Source: Octopus sinensis
Lineage: Eukaryota
Reading direction: 5' to 3'
Length of the DNA stretch: 64,000 bases
Assembly: GCF_006345805.1 (NCBI RefSeq)
Contig: NC_042998.1
Span: 682,001-746,000 of the forward strand
Shown here: positions 24,680 to 38,579 of the stretch, one piece after another
Numbering within the stretch: the first letter of the stretch is position 1
How the letters are laid out: each line of letters begins with the position of its first letter
The notes under the pieces: generated by a model
Database searches by the model: none
What the model was told of the DNA's origin: nothing
What the model saw: only the letters and a program-made list of their open reading frames with translations
Made by a program: the position numbers and the translations under genes

Positions 24680-24917
24680 AAGGCGGCGAGCTGGCAGAAG
24701 CGTTAGCACGCCGGGCGAAATGCTTTGCGGTATTTCGTCTGCTGCTACGTTCTGAGTTCAAATTCCGCCGAGGTCGACTTTGCCTTTCATCATTTCGGGG
24801 TCGATTAAATAAGTACCAGTTACGCACTGGGGTCGATATACTCGACTTAATCCGTTTGTCTGTCCTTGTTTGTCCTCTCTGTGTTTAGCCCCTTTGTGGG
24901 TAGTAAAGAAATAGGTG
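24680..24917 (+). mobile_element. Full-length SINE family B with a 13-bp TSD
   Basis: TTTTCGATTATAT at 24667-24679 and 24918-24930. Confidence 0.9.
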
Positions 24918-25494
24918 TTTTCGATTATATCACCTCTACTAATATTAGGTTGGTACTTATTTTTTCGAGTTTGTAAAATCAGTTAAGAAAATCATAGAAT
25001 TGTGAAAGTATAAGACTATTTGTTACAAATCAAACACCTTTTTCTATATATTTATCGAAAAAATTAAGAATTTCTGCAGTCGGTAAAATGCATGTTGAGT
25101 TGTTCAAATTTATCCGGAGGATAATAAAGACGTAGAACGTAAAATACGTTCGGTTGGTGACTGAACTTTGATCATCAACTCCATCATTAGATACACAAAT
25201 ACTGCAGAATTTCCAATGATAATTTAATCGACGAACATAAAGTAAGGAAACATGGCGAAAGAAGTTAAATAATGACGGAAATTCTAGAAGTCCCTCCAGG
25301 CTTATACTTGTATATGTATATGTGTGTGTGTGTATGATAGTTATGCGCACACATTTCGATAGTATAAACAAACGTGGCACTTCGTCTCATTTCGTTTTAT
25401 AGCTAAAGATCGCGAATGCTTCGCGTAAGTCTATTCTTTCAGACTAAGGTAATCAGATAAATGAAAGTTTGTCTTGCAAACAGGTGTACAATAT

Positions 25495-26006
25495 ACACAC
25501 ATACATACATACATACATACACACATACATACATACATACATACATACATACATACATACATACATACACACACATACATACACACACATACATACATAC
25601 ATACATACATACATACATACATACATACATACACACACATACATACACACACATACATAACATACATACTACATACATACATACATACATACATACATAC
25701 ACACATACATACATACATACATACATACATACATACATACATACTACACACATACATACATACATACTACATACATACATACCTACATACATACATACAT
25801 ACATACATACATACATACACACATACATAACATAACATACATAACATAACATACATAACATAACATACATACATACACACATACATACATACACACACAT
25901 ACATACACACATACATAACATAACATACATAACATAACATACATACACACATACATACATAACATAACATACATAACATAACATACATACATACATACAT
26001 ACACAC

Positions 26007-26038
<32 letters not shown>

Positions 26039-26090
26039 ACATACATACATAACATAACATACATAACATAACATACATACATACATACAA
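25495..26090. repeat. Compound (CATA)n/(CA)n/(CATAA)n microsatellite
   Basis: Direct inspection. Confidence 0.95.
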
Positions 26091-26602
26091 GCAAGTATAT
26101 GCTCCAAATGAGGAGTAGATAGACAGCCAACAACTGATGGAGGGTCCTTTCTTGTCCTGTTTTCTATTTTTTCTCTCCTTGTTTACGTATTTCCTGTTGT
26201 TTGCACAGATGTCCTGTGTGTGTAAATGTATGTATATATATATGTATATATATGTATGTATATATTTATCAAAAGAAAAACAGGATGCAAAGGATTTTGC
26301 GGTACATATGTTGCTGGCTTTATTGAACAATTTATATCAATGCATAATTGATATAACATGTAGGTCAACAGCCTTCTTCAGCCGCATACAATTACCACAC
26401 CAAAGACATGTATTACATTATAGCAGGTTTGAGAAAAAGTTTGGGAAAAAAACGAGTTTCATTGGGAAGGTAAATCCTCCTAGTTGTATATGGCATAGCG
26501 AGACACCAAAACCGTTTTTTCACTCGATAAAGAATGAGGGGTTTGGATGTTGAGAGAAATGTATGTATATATATATATATAATATATGCATGTATATATG
26601 CA

Positions 26603-26642
<40 letters not shown>

Positions 26643-26658
26643 CACACACACAACACAC

Positions 26659-26693
<35 letters not shown>

Positions 26694-26802
26694 TATCTAT
26701 ATATATCTATATATATATCATATACATACATATATATATAATATAATTATATGTTATATATATAGATATTCATACATATGATATATATATATGTATATGT
26801 AC

Positions 26803-26887
<85 letters not shown>

Positions 26888-26895
26888 TATATATA

Positions 26896-27773
26896 GGATC
26901 TTTTCCTTTTGAACGGCACTTTGTAACTCTAATTTCTAGGTAACTAAAAAGTTTTAAACTTCGTATACTGGTAGAATGTGTTTATAAAACATCATTTTCT
27001 CTTGGCTTTATTGAGAAAATTCTATATGTTGTAACATATTTCGTCTTTAATTTCGAGCATTTCGGCAATTTTAACCAATCGATTACCTCCATTTAGGTAA
27101 ATAACATTCTGTGCATAATGAATATGTCCCTCCTTTAAGAAACAGATTGGGTTTATTTACATTTGTGAAGAAAAAAGATACCCTTCCCCCACCCCTAAAC
27201 CTAACGCTAACTCTAACCCTAACCCTAACTCACCCTAACCCTAACCCTAAATCTAAAATAGATTGAAATGCAATAGATCGATACTAGGGTTATAATTATG
27301 GTGACATTTTCATTTGACACCACTAGAAAGAAATCCCATTTTCCGTAGCGGTGTCGTATGAAATTGGCACCCATAATTATAACCCTAGTATCGATCTATT
27401 GCATTTCAATCTATTTTAGATTTAGGGTTAGAGTTAGGGTGAGTTAGGGTTAGTTAGGGTTAGAGTTAGGGTTAGGGGTGGGGGAAGGGTATCTTTTTTT
27501 CTTCACAAATGTAAATAAACCCAACTGTTTCTTAACGAGGGACATTTCATACAGCACGGAATGTTGTTTACGTCAATGGAGGTATCGATTGAATAAAATT
27601 GCCGAAAAGCTCGAAATTTCAGACGAAATATCTTACAAAACTATAGAATTTTCTCAATAAGCCAAGAGAAAATGATTTTTATAAACACATTCTACCAGTA
27701 TACGAAGTTTAAAACTTTTTAGTAACTAGAAATTATGTTACAAAGTGAAGTGCCGTTTAAAAGGAAAAGATCC
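26896..27773. mobile_element. 878-bp fold-back element made of two head-to-head relatives of the TTAGGG MITE
   Basis: Arms of about 430 bp (CCCTAA left, TTAGGG right), spacer of about 20 bp near 27325-27345; ends TA|GGATCTTTTCC and GGAAAAGATCC|TA. Confidence 0.85.
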
Positions 27774-27941
27774 TATATATATGTATATATATACGTATAT
27801 ATATGTATGTATATATGAATATATATGTATGCATATATATATATGTATATGTGTATATATATATGTGTATGTATATATGTATATATATATGTATGTATAT
27901 ATGTATATATATATGTGCATATATATGTATATATATATATG

Positions 27942-29653
27942 TATATAAGAAAAAAGGTTTGAAAATGCAATTTAAACGATGTTTATTTACTTAACCGGTT
28001 TCACTCTTTGGTAAAAGATTGTCAAAAGTTACATTTAGGAAACATGAATAATATGGGTTCAAAAAAAGTTTTTTACATAATTGTCACATTGAATATTTGC
28101 ATTCAAAAAAGTTTTTACATAATTGTCACATTGGATATTATGAATTCAAAAATGTTTTTTATAAATAATTGTCACATTACATGTATAAATATAGTGTTTG
28201 GTAACAGAGAAGTTCAATAGTGTGATGAGAATATTGGGAAAATTTGGCAGAGAAGGATAAAACAAATATATTATTGGGAATTGGTTGCGTTAATTATTGG
28301 TTGTCGCAATTGTCACATTACATGTATATAATATACAATCTTTGTATATATATATACAGCCTTTTGACAGCAAAAATTAAATGGATTTTTTATACATCTC
28401 AGAATATTTTAAGTACAGGCGAGAATATGTTTTTACTGACCTGTCGGTATTAGCAGAAAGGCTGAACTGAGAGAACAGAGGAAGTAGCCAATGTGGTGTA
28501 TACTTCCCCTTTATGCATGAATGATTTTGGGTTATCAGAGGTAGTATGCGGGTGTGAATAGATGTGTCCGTGCCCGCTGGTCAGATAGCGTCTGTTTCAC
28601 ACACATATACCACACACACACACACACCACACACACACAACAACACACACACACCACACACACACACATAGTAAACAACACACACCACATACAAAACACA
28701 CACACACACACACAGAACACACCACCCCACACACAACGCACCCACATATATCACATATACACACAGCACACAATATAATGTATCTATATATAACATACAC
28801 AGATATATAACACACATAACACACACAACACCACACACACACACAACACACACAACACACGCACACATAACATACATAATATAAATATCACACAATACAC
28901 CTAGCATATATATACACACATACAATACACACATACAGCATGTAAGTAATATACATACACAATATATGCATGCAATATACATACGCAGTACATACATATA
29001 ATATATATATATAGACAAATGCATATACATATATACACACTACATATAAATAGTGTTTACATCACATACATAGATGTACCACATATACACACAATACACA
29101 TACATACCGCATACACATACACGTACGCATACATAAATATATATATACACACACACACACATAACATACATACACAATGTATACATATATATACACGCAA
29201 TGCACATACATGTATTCATGCATATATAGCACACCTACAAAGATACATATATACAATGCACATACACACACATATATACACTTAATTGTACACATACATA
29301 TACAATACACATACATACAATATACATATACACAATGCGCATGCAAATAATGTACATGTTTATACACACATAAACAAGCAAATAAATATACACACACACA
29401 CATACCACACACACATATATATACACACATATAATATATTATATATACACACATACATACATACATACATGCACATACATATATTTTTTCACACACATAC
29501 ACATACATATATATATATAAAAAAAAATTCACCCCCCACACACAATTACAAACCTATAGCGTACACACTCAAATATATCTCTACATGCCGCACACACACA
29601 CAAACAAAGTACTAACATATACACACATACCATGCATATACACACACAACACA

Positions 29654-29691
<38 letters not shown>

Positions 29692-29922
29692 TTAAAAACA
29701 AATACACATGTAAATACATACATACGTACACAATGCTCACAACCCACACACACATACACACACACCGTACACAGTGCACACACACACACATATATACACA
29801 CGTGCACACACACATACACACAACGCGCGCGCACGCACACACATACACACACACGCACACAGTGCACACACACACACCACACAATATATATATTACACAC
29901 CCGCGCACACACACACACACGT

Positions 29923-29964
<42 letters not shown>

Positions 29965-31903
29965 CAACACTCACACACATACATCACCTACATATATATA
30001 ATGCATGCGTGTGCATGCCACGTATGTGGCGGTCAATGCCCGCTAGTGTTCCTATGCGTGCCGATGCGCGCATGTGCCCGCCCGCACGATATGCTGTGAG
30101 CGTGCGCGCGTCCCTGTGTGCTTGCTCTGGATGTGTTTCCAGGGGGTATGTTAGAGTATGTTTAGTTGTGGTCTGTATTTTTGAATAAGATTTCTTTCCT
30201 TATTTATTCGTGTTTGGTCTGTGGTGTTGTCCGAGCATTGGTATAGTGGAAGACTAAGAATTTTGGGGACTTATTGTGTGCACAAAGGTCTAAGTGTCCA
30301 CTTAGTGGTATCTCTTGTGGAGGGGTCCCTCAGTGTTGTCGGTGAACTGTCATTCTGTCTCTGAGGGTAAGGCTCGTTTGCCCTATGTAATCTTCGTGGC
30401 ATCCTTCACACCTTATGACGTAGAGTAAATTTTTTGATGCGCACGTGAAATTATTTTTTATGATGAATGTGTGTCCCGAGTGGAACTTGTACGATGATCC
30501 CTCAATGAGGTGGATGCAGGTCTTGCAGTTGGGGCGACCACATTTTTTGATGGTGGGCGGTGGGTTTGTGTTGTGTATCATCTACTTAGATGATTGCCTC
30601 ATCCTATGGTCCCACACACTCGACCAACTTATAGACTTCAAAAACCTTATCAACAGTGTAAATAACAACATTCAATTCACAATGGAATATAGTCAGGACC
30701 AACTCCCTTTTCTTGACATCCTAATCATTAAAAAGGCGTCAACATGGAAACTGACATCCATACAAACCCACTGACTCTAACAATACCTTCTATTCACCTC
30801 CAATCACCCAAAACACACAAAGACAAATATCCCCTTCAACCTAGCGAGAAGAATCTGCACTATTTCTCAATGACACAACACCGAAATAGAAGACTCGGGA
30901 ACTAAGGGCAATTCTTCTCGAAAGACATTACCCGGCAATCACTAGTAGACAACGGAATAGAACGGGCCAAATCAATCAACATTCAAGACCTTCGAAAACA
31001 CCAAACACATCCACAGTACAGTCAATAGCCTCCCTTATCTCTCAACACACAACCCAAGGAATGCAGAAGCTTACACTATTATATACAACAACATTCCACA
31101 ACTAAATCAAGACCCACGCCTGAAAAAAATACTGGCAGCTCATAAAATAATAAAAAGTAAGAGACAACCTAAATCCCTAAAAAACCCCTCACCAACGCAA
31201 AATACACAACACAAACCCACCGCCCACCATCAAAAAATGTGGCCGCCCCAACTGCAAGACCTGCATCCACCTCATTGAGGGATCATCGTACAAGTTCCAC
31301 TCGGACACACATTCATCATAAAAAATAATTTCACGTGCGCATCAAAAATTTACTCTACGTCATAAGGTGTGAAGGATGCCACGAAGATTACATAGGGCAA
31401 ACGAGCCTTACCCTCAGAGACAGAATGACAGTTCACCGACACAACTGAGGGACCCCTCCACAAGACAGATACCACTAAGTGGACACTTAGACCTTTGTGC
31501 ACACAATAAGTCCCCCAAATTCTTAGTCTTCCCACTATACCAATGCTCGGACAACACCACAGACCAAACACGAATAAATAAGGAAAGAAATCTTATTCAA
31601 AAATACAGACCACAACTAAACATACTCTAACAACCCCCTGGAAACACATCCAGAGCAAGCACACAGGGACGCGCGCACGCTCACAGCATATCGTGCGGGC
31701 GGGCACATGCGCGCATCGCACGCATAGGACACACACTAGCGGCATTGACCGCACACATACGTGGCATGCACACGCATGCATTATATATATGTAGGTGATG
31801 TATGTGTGTGAGTGTTGTGTGTGTGTGTGTGGTGTGTGTGTGTGTGTTGTTGTGTGTGCACGTTGTGTGTGTGTGTGCACGTTGGTGTGTGTGTGCGCGG
31901 GTG

Positions 31904-31935
<32 letters not shown>

Positions 31936-32099
31936 CACTGTGTGCGTGTGTGTGTATATGTGTGCGTGCGCGCGCGTTGTGTGTATGTGTGTGTGCACGT
32001 GTGTTATATGTGTGTGTGTGTGCACTGTGCGGGTGTGTGTGTATGTGTTGTGTGTGAGCATTGTGTACGTATGTATGTATTTACATGTGTATTTGTTTT

Positions 32100-32142
<43 letters not shown>

Positions 32143-33854
32143 TGTGTGTGTATATGCATGGTATGTGTGTATATGTTAGTACTTTGTTGTGTGGTGTGTG
32201 CGGCATGTAGAGATATATTTGAGTGTGTACGCTATAGTTTGTAATTTGTGTGTGGGGGGGTGAATTTTTTAATATATATATATGTATGTGTATGTGTGTG
32301 AAAAAAAATTGTATGTGCATGTATGTATGTATGTATGTGTGTATATATATATATATATGGTATATATGTGTGTGTGTATGTGTGTGTGGTGTATGTGTGT
32401 GTGTGTTATTTGGTTGTATATTTGCTTGTTTATGGTGTATAAACATGTACATTATTTGCATGCGCATTGTGTATATGTATTGTATGTATGTGTATTGTAT
32501 ATGTATGTGTACAATTAAGTGTATATATGTGTGTGTATGTGTGCATTGTATATATGTATATTGTAGGTGTGCTATATATGCATGAATACATGTATGTGCA
32601 TTGCGTGTATATATATATGTATACATTGTGTATGTATGTTATGTGTGTGTGTGTATATAATATATTATATGTATGCGTACGTGTATGTGTATGCGTTTAT
32701 GATGTGTATTGTGTGTATATGGTACATCTATGTATGTGTATGTAAACACTATTTATATGTATGTGTGTATATATGTATATGCATTGTCTATATATATATA
32801 TTATGTATGTACTGCGTATGTATATTGCATGCATATATTGTGTATGTATATTACTTACATGCTGTATGTGTGTATTGTATGTGTGTATATATATGCTAGG
32901 TGTATTTGGTGTGATATTTATATTATGTATGTATGTGTGCGTGTGTTGTTGTGTGTGTGTGTGGTGGTGTGTGTGTGTTGTGTGTGTATGTGTGTTATAT
33001 ATCTGTGTATGTTATATATAGATACATATTATATTTGTGTGCTGTGTGTATATGTGATATATGTGGGTGCGTTGTGTGTGGGTGTGTGTGTTCTGTGTGT
33101 GTGTGTGTGTTTGTTTGTATGTGGTGTGTGTTTGTTTACTATGTTGTGTGTGTGTGTTGTTGTGTGTGTGTGTGTGTGTGTGTGTTATATGTGTGTGACA
33201 ACAGACGCTATCTGACCAGCGGGCACGGACACATCTATTCACACCCGCATCTAACCTCCTGATAACCCAAAATCATTCATGCATAAAGGGGAAGTATACA
33301 CCACATTGGCTACTTCCTCTGTTCTCTCAGTTCAGCTTTCTGCTAATACCGACAGGTCAGTAAAACATATTCTCGCCTTGTACTTAAAATATTCTGAGAT
33401 GTATAAAAAATCCATTTAATTTTTGCTGTCAAAAGGCTGTATATATATACCAAAGATTGTATATATATACATGTAATGTGACAATTTGCGACAACTAATA
33501 ATTAACGCAACCAATCCCCATAATATATTTGTTTTATCCTTTCTGCCAAATTTTCCCAATATTCTCTCATCACACTATTGAACTTCTCTGTTACCAAACA
33601 CTATATTTATACATGAATGTGACAATTATGTATAAAAAAACATTTTGAATCATAATATCCAATGTGACAATTATGTAAAAACTTTTTTGAATGCATAATA
33701 TTCAATGTGACAATTATGTAAAAAACTTTTTTTGAACCCATATTATTCCATGTTTCCTTAATGTAACTTTTGACAATCTTTTACCAAAGAGTGAAAACCG
33801 GTTAAGTAAATAAACATCGTTTAAATTGCATTTTCAAACCTTTTTTCTTATATA
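27942..33854. repeat. Large inverted duplication around a Penelope-like core
   Basis: 27942-30578 is the reverse complement of 31202-33854, differing mostly by small indels; spacer 30579-31201. Confidence 0.9.
30579..31630 (+). mobile_element. 5'-truncated Penelope-like element: RT C-terminus and GIY-YIG endonuclease (Neptune-like Cys-rich linker)
   Basis: YLDDCLILW, IQFTME, LPFLDIL, NHPKHTKTNIPFNLARRICTI, CGRPNCKTC, LYVIRCEGCHEDYIGQT and ERNLIQKYRPQLN; single-base frameshifts. Confidence 0.9.
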
Positions 33855-34159
33855 ATCCCACTTCGTGCGATACCCCCACAACTCAACTTTTTTATATATA
33901 TATATGTATATATATATGTATATATATGTATATATACATGTATATTATATGTGTGTATATATTTGTATATATATGTATATATATACATATATATGTATAT
34001 ATTGATATATATATGTATATACATATGTATATATATATGTAAATATATATATGTATATATAATCAACTAATAAGGGTGAGAAAATTGGATACTAATTTAA
34101 TAGTACATCCATTTAACCCCAAGTGGCTTAGTGCATAAAAACCAGGAATACAAAAATTT

Positions 34160-34660
34160 TATACGTAAATATAAGAAGGTAACCACTATGTGGTCGACTC
34201 TAGCACAAAAATAGATCCGCTAGGTTTCAGCCACGAAGAATTATTTCCGTAGTTGATTGTAATTATACTACATTTATTTTTTGATGCAGTATCTGTTTCC
34301 GTGAATTTTGGCGGGCTGTGGCGGGGGCACTTGAATTATAACAGCGAATACAATCGACTTAACCGCACGTGTGTTTATCGTTATGGTAAAATCTGGCGTG
34401 CGGTTGAGTAAATTGTATTCTGGACGGGTTCGGCTGAGGAGCTACAGATATGTTATGAGAGTAAAATTACATAATTTATTAATAGCGAAACAATTGTCCT
34501 GAACTAATCTGCATTTTTGTTATTTTTATTTGCCCTGTTCGTTTGTGCTAGTAGTCGTGCTAACTTTCATCGGAAACAATTCTTTGTGGCTGAAACCTAG
34601 CGGATCTATTTTTAGTGCTAGAGTCGACCACATAGTGGTTACTCTCTTCTATTACGTATA
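34160..34660 (+). mobile_element. Short non-coding PLE-type element with about 60-80-bp inverted ends and a hammerhead
   Basis: AACCACTATGTGGTCGACTCTAGCAC...GAAGAATT (34181-34243) is inverted at about 34577-34640; the 3' half is homologous to 57290-57535. Confidence 0.7.
34429..34503 (+). ncRNA. Type-I hammerhead ribozyme, canonical core
   Basis: UUCGG CUGAGGA GCUA...UAGC GAAA CAAUUG U C CUGAA: 5-bp stem I, 4-bp stem II base, palindromic stem III, GUC cleavage after 34498. Confidence 0.8.
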
Positions 34661-34671
34661 TGTATGTATAG

Positions 34672-34705
<34 letters not shown>

Positions 34706-35294
34706 TATATATTATATATATATATATATTATTATATATATAGATATATATACATACATACTCATACATACATACATACATTACATACATAATATAAACA
34801 ACAGTTTGCAATGTTTAACCAAAAGGGAGAATTAAAATCGTCACTAAATGTGACTTGGGTGTTAGGAAACACTTACATTGCTAGAAATAGGAGCTAAACC
34901 CTAGTCACATTTAGTGACAATTATAGTTCATCCCTTTGGCGAAGCATTGCAAAATATTACATATGCATATGTATGTATGTATTTATGTATGTATGCATGT
35001 GTGTGTGTCATTGAGCTTGTACTTACTCATCTGTGTCAAAGTATAGAGCCAACGGATATCCACTCCTTGTTTCAAAATGTTGAAATTGATAATCTTGTTG
35101 TCTTCCTGTCAGAGAAATACATCCTTTCTCAAGATAATATCAGGTTTCTATTTAATCTGACATATCATGTAGTAGTCACTTCATAGCTTGAAAAGTAAAA
35201 CCAGATAAGCGTAATCCATGGATCTTACACACACCACAAAAAAAAATGTGTTATTGTGTGATGTTGGTTTCCCATTTTAGAACAACGCCAGGAA

Positions 35295-36200
35295 TTTCGG
35301 TGGAGAAGTTAAGTTGATTACATCGACCCCAGTGCTCAGCTGGTACTTATTTTGTCAACCCCGAAGAAAAGACGAAAGGGAAAGTCGGCACCGATGGCAT
35401 TTGAACTCTGAACGTAAAGCAGGGAGAAATACTGCCGGGGCGGTAACGATTCTGCTAGCTATCCGCCTTAATGACGGAGCTTAGGGGGGTGGAGAGCTAG
35501 TAGAATTGTTAGAACGCCGGATAATGCTGTTAGCGGCATTTCGTCCGTCTTTACGTTGTGAGTTCTACTTCTGCCGAGGTCAAATCTGCCTTTCAGCCTT
35601 TCGGGATCGATAAAATAAGTACCAGTTGAGCATTGGGGTCGATCAAAAATTTATGCGAAAATTTGATTTCGAAGGCGGTGAGCTGGCAGAATCGTTAGCA
35701 CGCCGGGAAAAACGCTTAGCGGCATTTCGTTCGCTTTACGTTTTGAGTTCGAATTCCGCCGAGGTCAACTTTGCCTTTCATCCTTTCGGGGTCGATGAAA
35801 TAAGTATCAGCTACGCACTGGGGTCGATATAATCGACTTAATCCGTTTATGTGGCCTTGTTTGTCCCCTCTATGTGTAGCCCCTTGTGGGTAGTAAAGAA
35901 ATAGGTATTTCGTTCGCTTTACGTTTTGAGTTCGAATTCCGCCGAGGTCAACTTTGCCTTTCATCCTTTCGGGGTCGATGAAATAAGTATCAGCTACGCA
36001 CTGGGGTCGATATAATCGACTTAATCCGTTTATGTGGCCTTGTTTGTCCCCTCTATGTGTAGCCCCTTGTGGGTAGTAAAGAAATAGGTATTTCGTTCGC
36101 TTTACGTTTTGAGTTCGAATTCTGCTGAAGTCAACTTTGCTTTTCAGCCTTTCGGAGCGATAAAAAAAAAGCCAGTTGAGCATCGGGGTCGATCTAAAAT
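35295..36200 (+). mobile_element. Cluster of SINE family B copies including a 183-bp tandem array
   Basis: ATTTCGTTCGCTTTACG recurs at 35724, 35907 and 36090; one degenerate minus-strand copy at 35295-35465. Confidence 0.9.
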
Positions 36201-36881
36201 TTGTGCCAAAATTTGGAACCAATATGAAATGGATCTTGTTAAGATTGACATGTACTTGTAGCAAAAGGTGTATAAAACGGAGGAGATCGAAACTCCTACC
36301 CAACACTCTAAATAAATACTAGTTCTAAATTACACAATATATTCGATACCTTAATAAATGCTCTAAAGAAAGAAAGAAAAAGAACTTAGTCACTTCATCT
36401 CGAACTGAGAAGACCACACGCTACTGAAGCTCTGAAGTAGCCTTGATGTACCTCCCTATATTTTCTCTCGGAGGCTGTGCTACCATCTTTTCGCATACAG
36501 CCTGGGTAGCGGCGTGTTCATAATCATACTAGTACTTGAATGTGTGTTTCTGGTCGAAGGATACGTTTTTTAATAACGATATCACGCCAAGGACACTGTC
36601 CGGTGCCTTGGACAGTTCATTTCTGATGCGTACGATTTCTCAGCTAATCTTTGGAAATGAAAGATACTTGGTTCTTTGAACACAGCATGAACTTAAAAGG
36701 CTTTCAATGTTTCCTAAGATCTTTAGACATGATACAAAGAATAGCAAAGTTTGAGAAAACCTGTACGTTTGCCGTGTTAATGAAATACATGAGCATATGC
36801 ATGTGTGTGCGTGTGTATATGTATGTATGCATGTATGTAAGTGTGTACGTGTATATGTATGTGTACATACATATGCTTGTA

Positions 36882-36947
<66 letters not shown>

Positions 36948-37111
36948 CTATCTATCTATCTATCTAATCTATCAGAAAGGAACTCTATCTCTCTTAAAAA
37001 TATCTTTTGATAAGCATAACAAATGCGCAACCGGTAAAAAGAACTTTCACCTAATTAAATTACTTAAATTATTTTGTCAGCATTTTCTCATTTCCTTTAA
37101 TACATTATATA

Positions 37112-37165
<54 letters not shown>

Positions 37166-37479
37166 AATAATATTCTTTTATTCTTTATCAGTTTCAGTCA
37201 TTTAACTGCAGCCATGCTGGAGCACTGCCTTTTAGTTGAAGAAATCGATCCCAGGACTTATTCTTCGTAAATGTGGTACTTATTCTATCGATCGTTTTTG
37301 CCGACCGCAAAGTTATGGGGACGTAAATACACCAACATCCGTTGTCAAGCGCATGTAGTGGTGGTAGAGATAACACAGACACAAAGACACATTAACTAGA
37401 TAAATATTTTAAGGACAATAAAGGGTGTCTATACATGCCTACACACACACACATGTATATATATCATATATATATCACA

Positions 37480-37522
<43 letters not shown>

Positions 37523-37640
37523 ACATACACGACAGGCTTCTTTTAATTTCTGTCAACCAAATCAACTCATAAGGCATATATGTGAATGTGTGTATATATG
37601 CTTGTATGTATATATGTGCGTGCGCATGTATATATACAAG

Positions 37641-37680
<40 letters not shown>

Positions 37681-38579
37681 CACACACATGTCCATATACA
37701 TATACACAAATATGTATATATACACGCACACCCATCCACACGCACATATATAAATATATATACATACAAGCATATATACATATACTCACGCACATGCATA
37801 TACATGCATACACACACACACGCACACACGCACACACGCACATACATATATATATTATTATCAGTGTTGGAGAACGTGTATTTGCATACATTTGAGTATG
37901 TAAGCGCCGGAAAGGCTGTGTATTCTTCTTAGCATATGATGCATTCCAGAAAAGATATGTGTATTTATTCATGCGAGTGCATATCTCCATTGAATGTATT
38001 AATGCATATATGCGTATTTAAACGAGGTATATTCAAATGTAAGTGGAACTCTTTTGAGATGTGTGACCAGCAGCTATTTAGATTATACTTCCGTTTAATT
38101 GCATATATTGACTTTTCTAATATGCGTATGTGGGCTGTGTATCAGAATGTCACTTCGATTGGATAATTATATGCATATGCATATGTGTATACATTTGTGT
38201 ATGAACATATGAATAGGAAAATATTTATCTATACATACACAATTTTGTGTTTGACCCTGTGTATGTATAAAAGTATAGGCATTCGTTTCTAAGTTTTCAA
38301 ATGCATAGAAAATAGGTACAAAAGCAGATGTGCATATGTAAATCTAAAAATATTTATGCACGCACATAACTGCATGTACACATTCAGAAATACAATCCAT
38401 ACATATACATACTGTCGTATATACATACATACATACATACATACATACATACATACATACATACATAAACGCATGCATACATACATGCATGCATACATAC
38501 ATGCATGCATAGATACATACTGGAATAAATATACAGAACATCCCTGTTATTGAATGCATACATAAATGTCAACTCCAAA

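Noticed and set aside
35724-36200. Regular repeats as a CRISPR-like array, and the 196-aa ORF at 35716-36306
   Set aside because: Units are SINE bodies with no unique spacers; the ORF is antisense read-through of the repeat
36380-36640. GC-richer stretch with a protein-like minus-strand reading (EIVRIRNELSKAPDSVLGV...)
   Set aside because: Interrupted by stops at near-random frequency and no family recognised; a TBLASTX search would settle it
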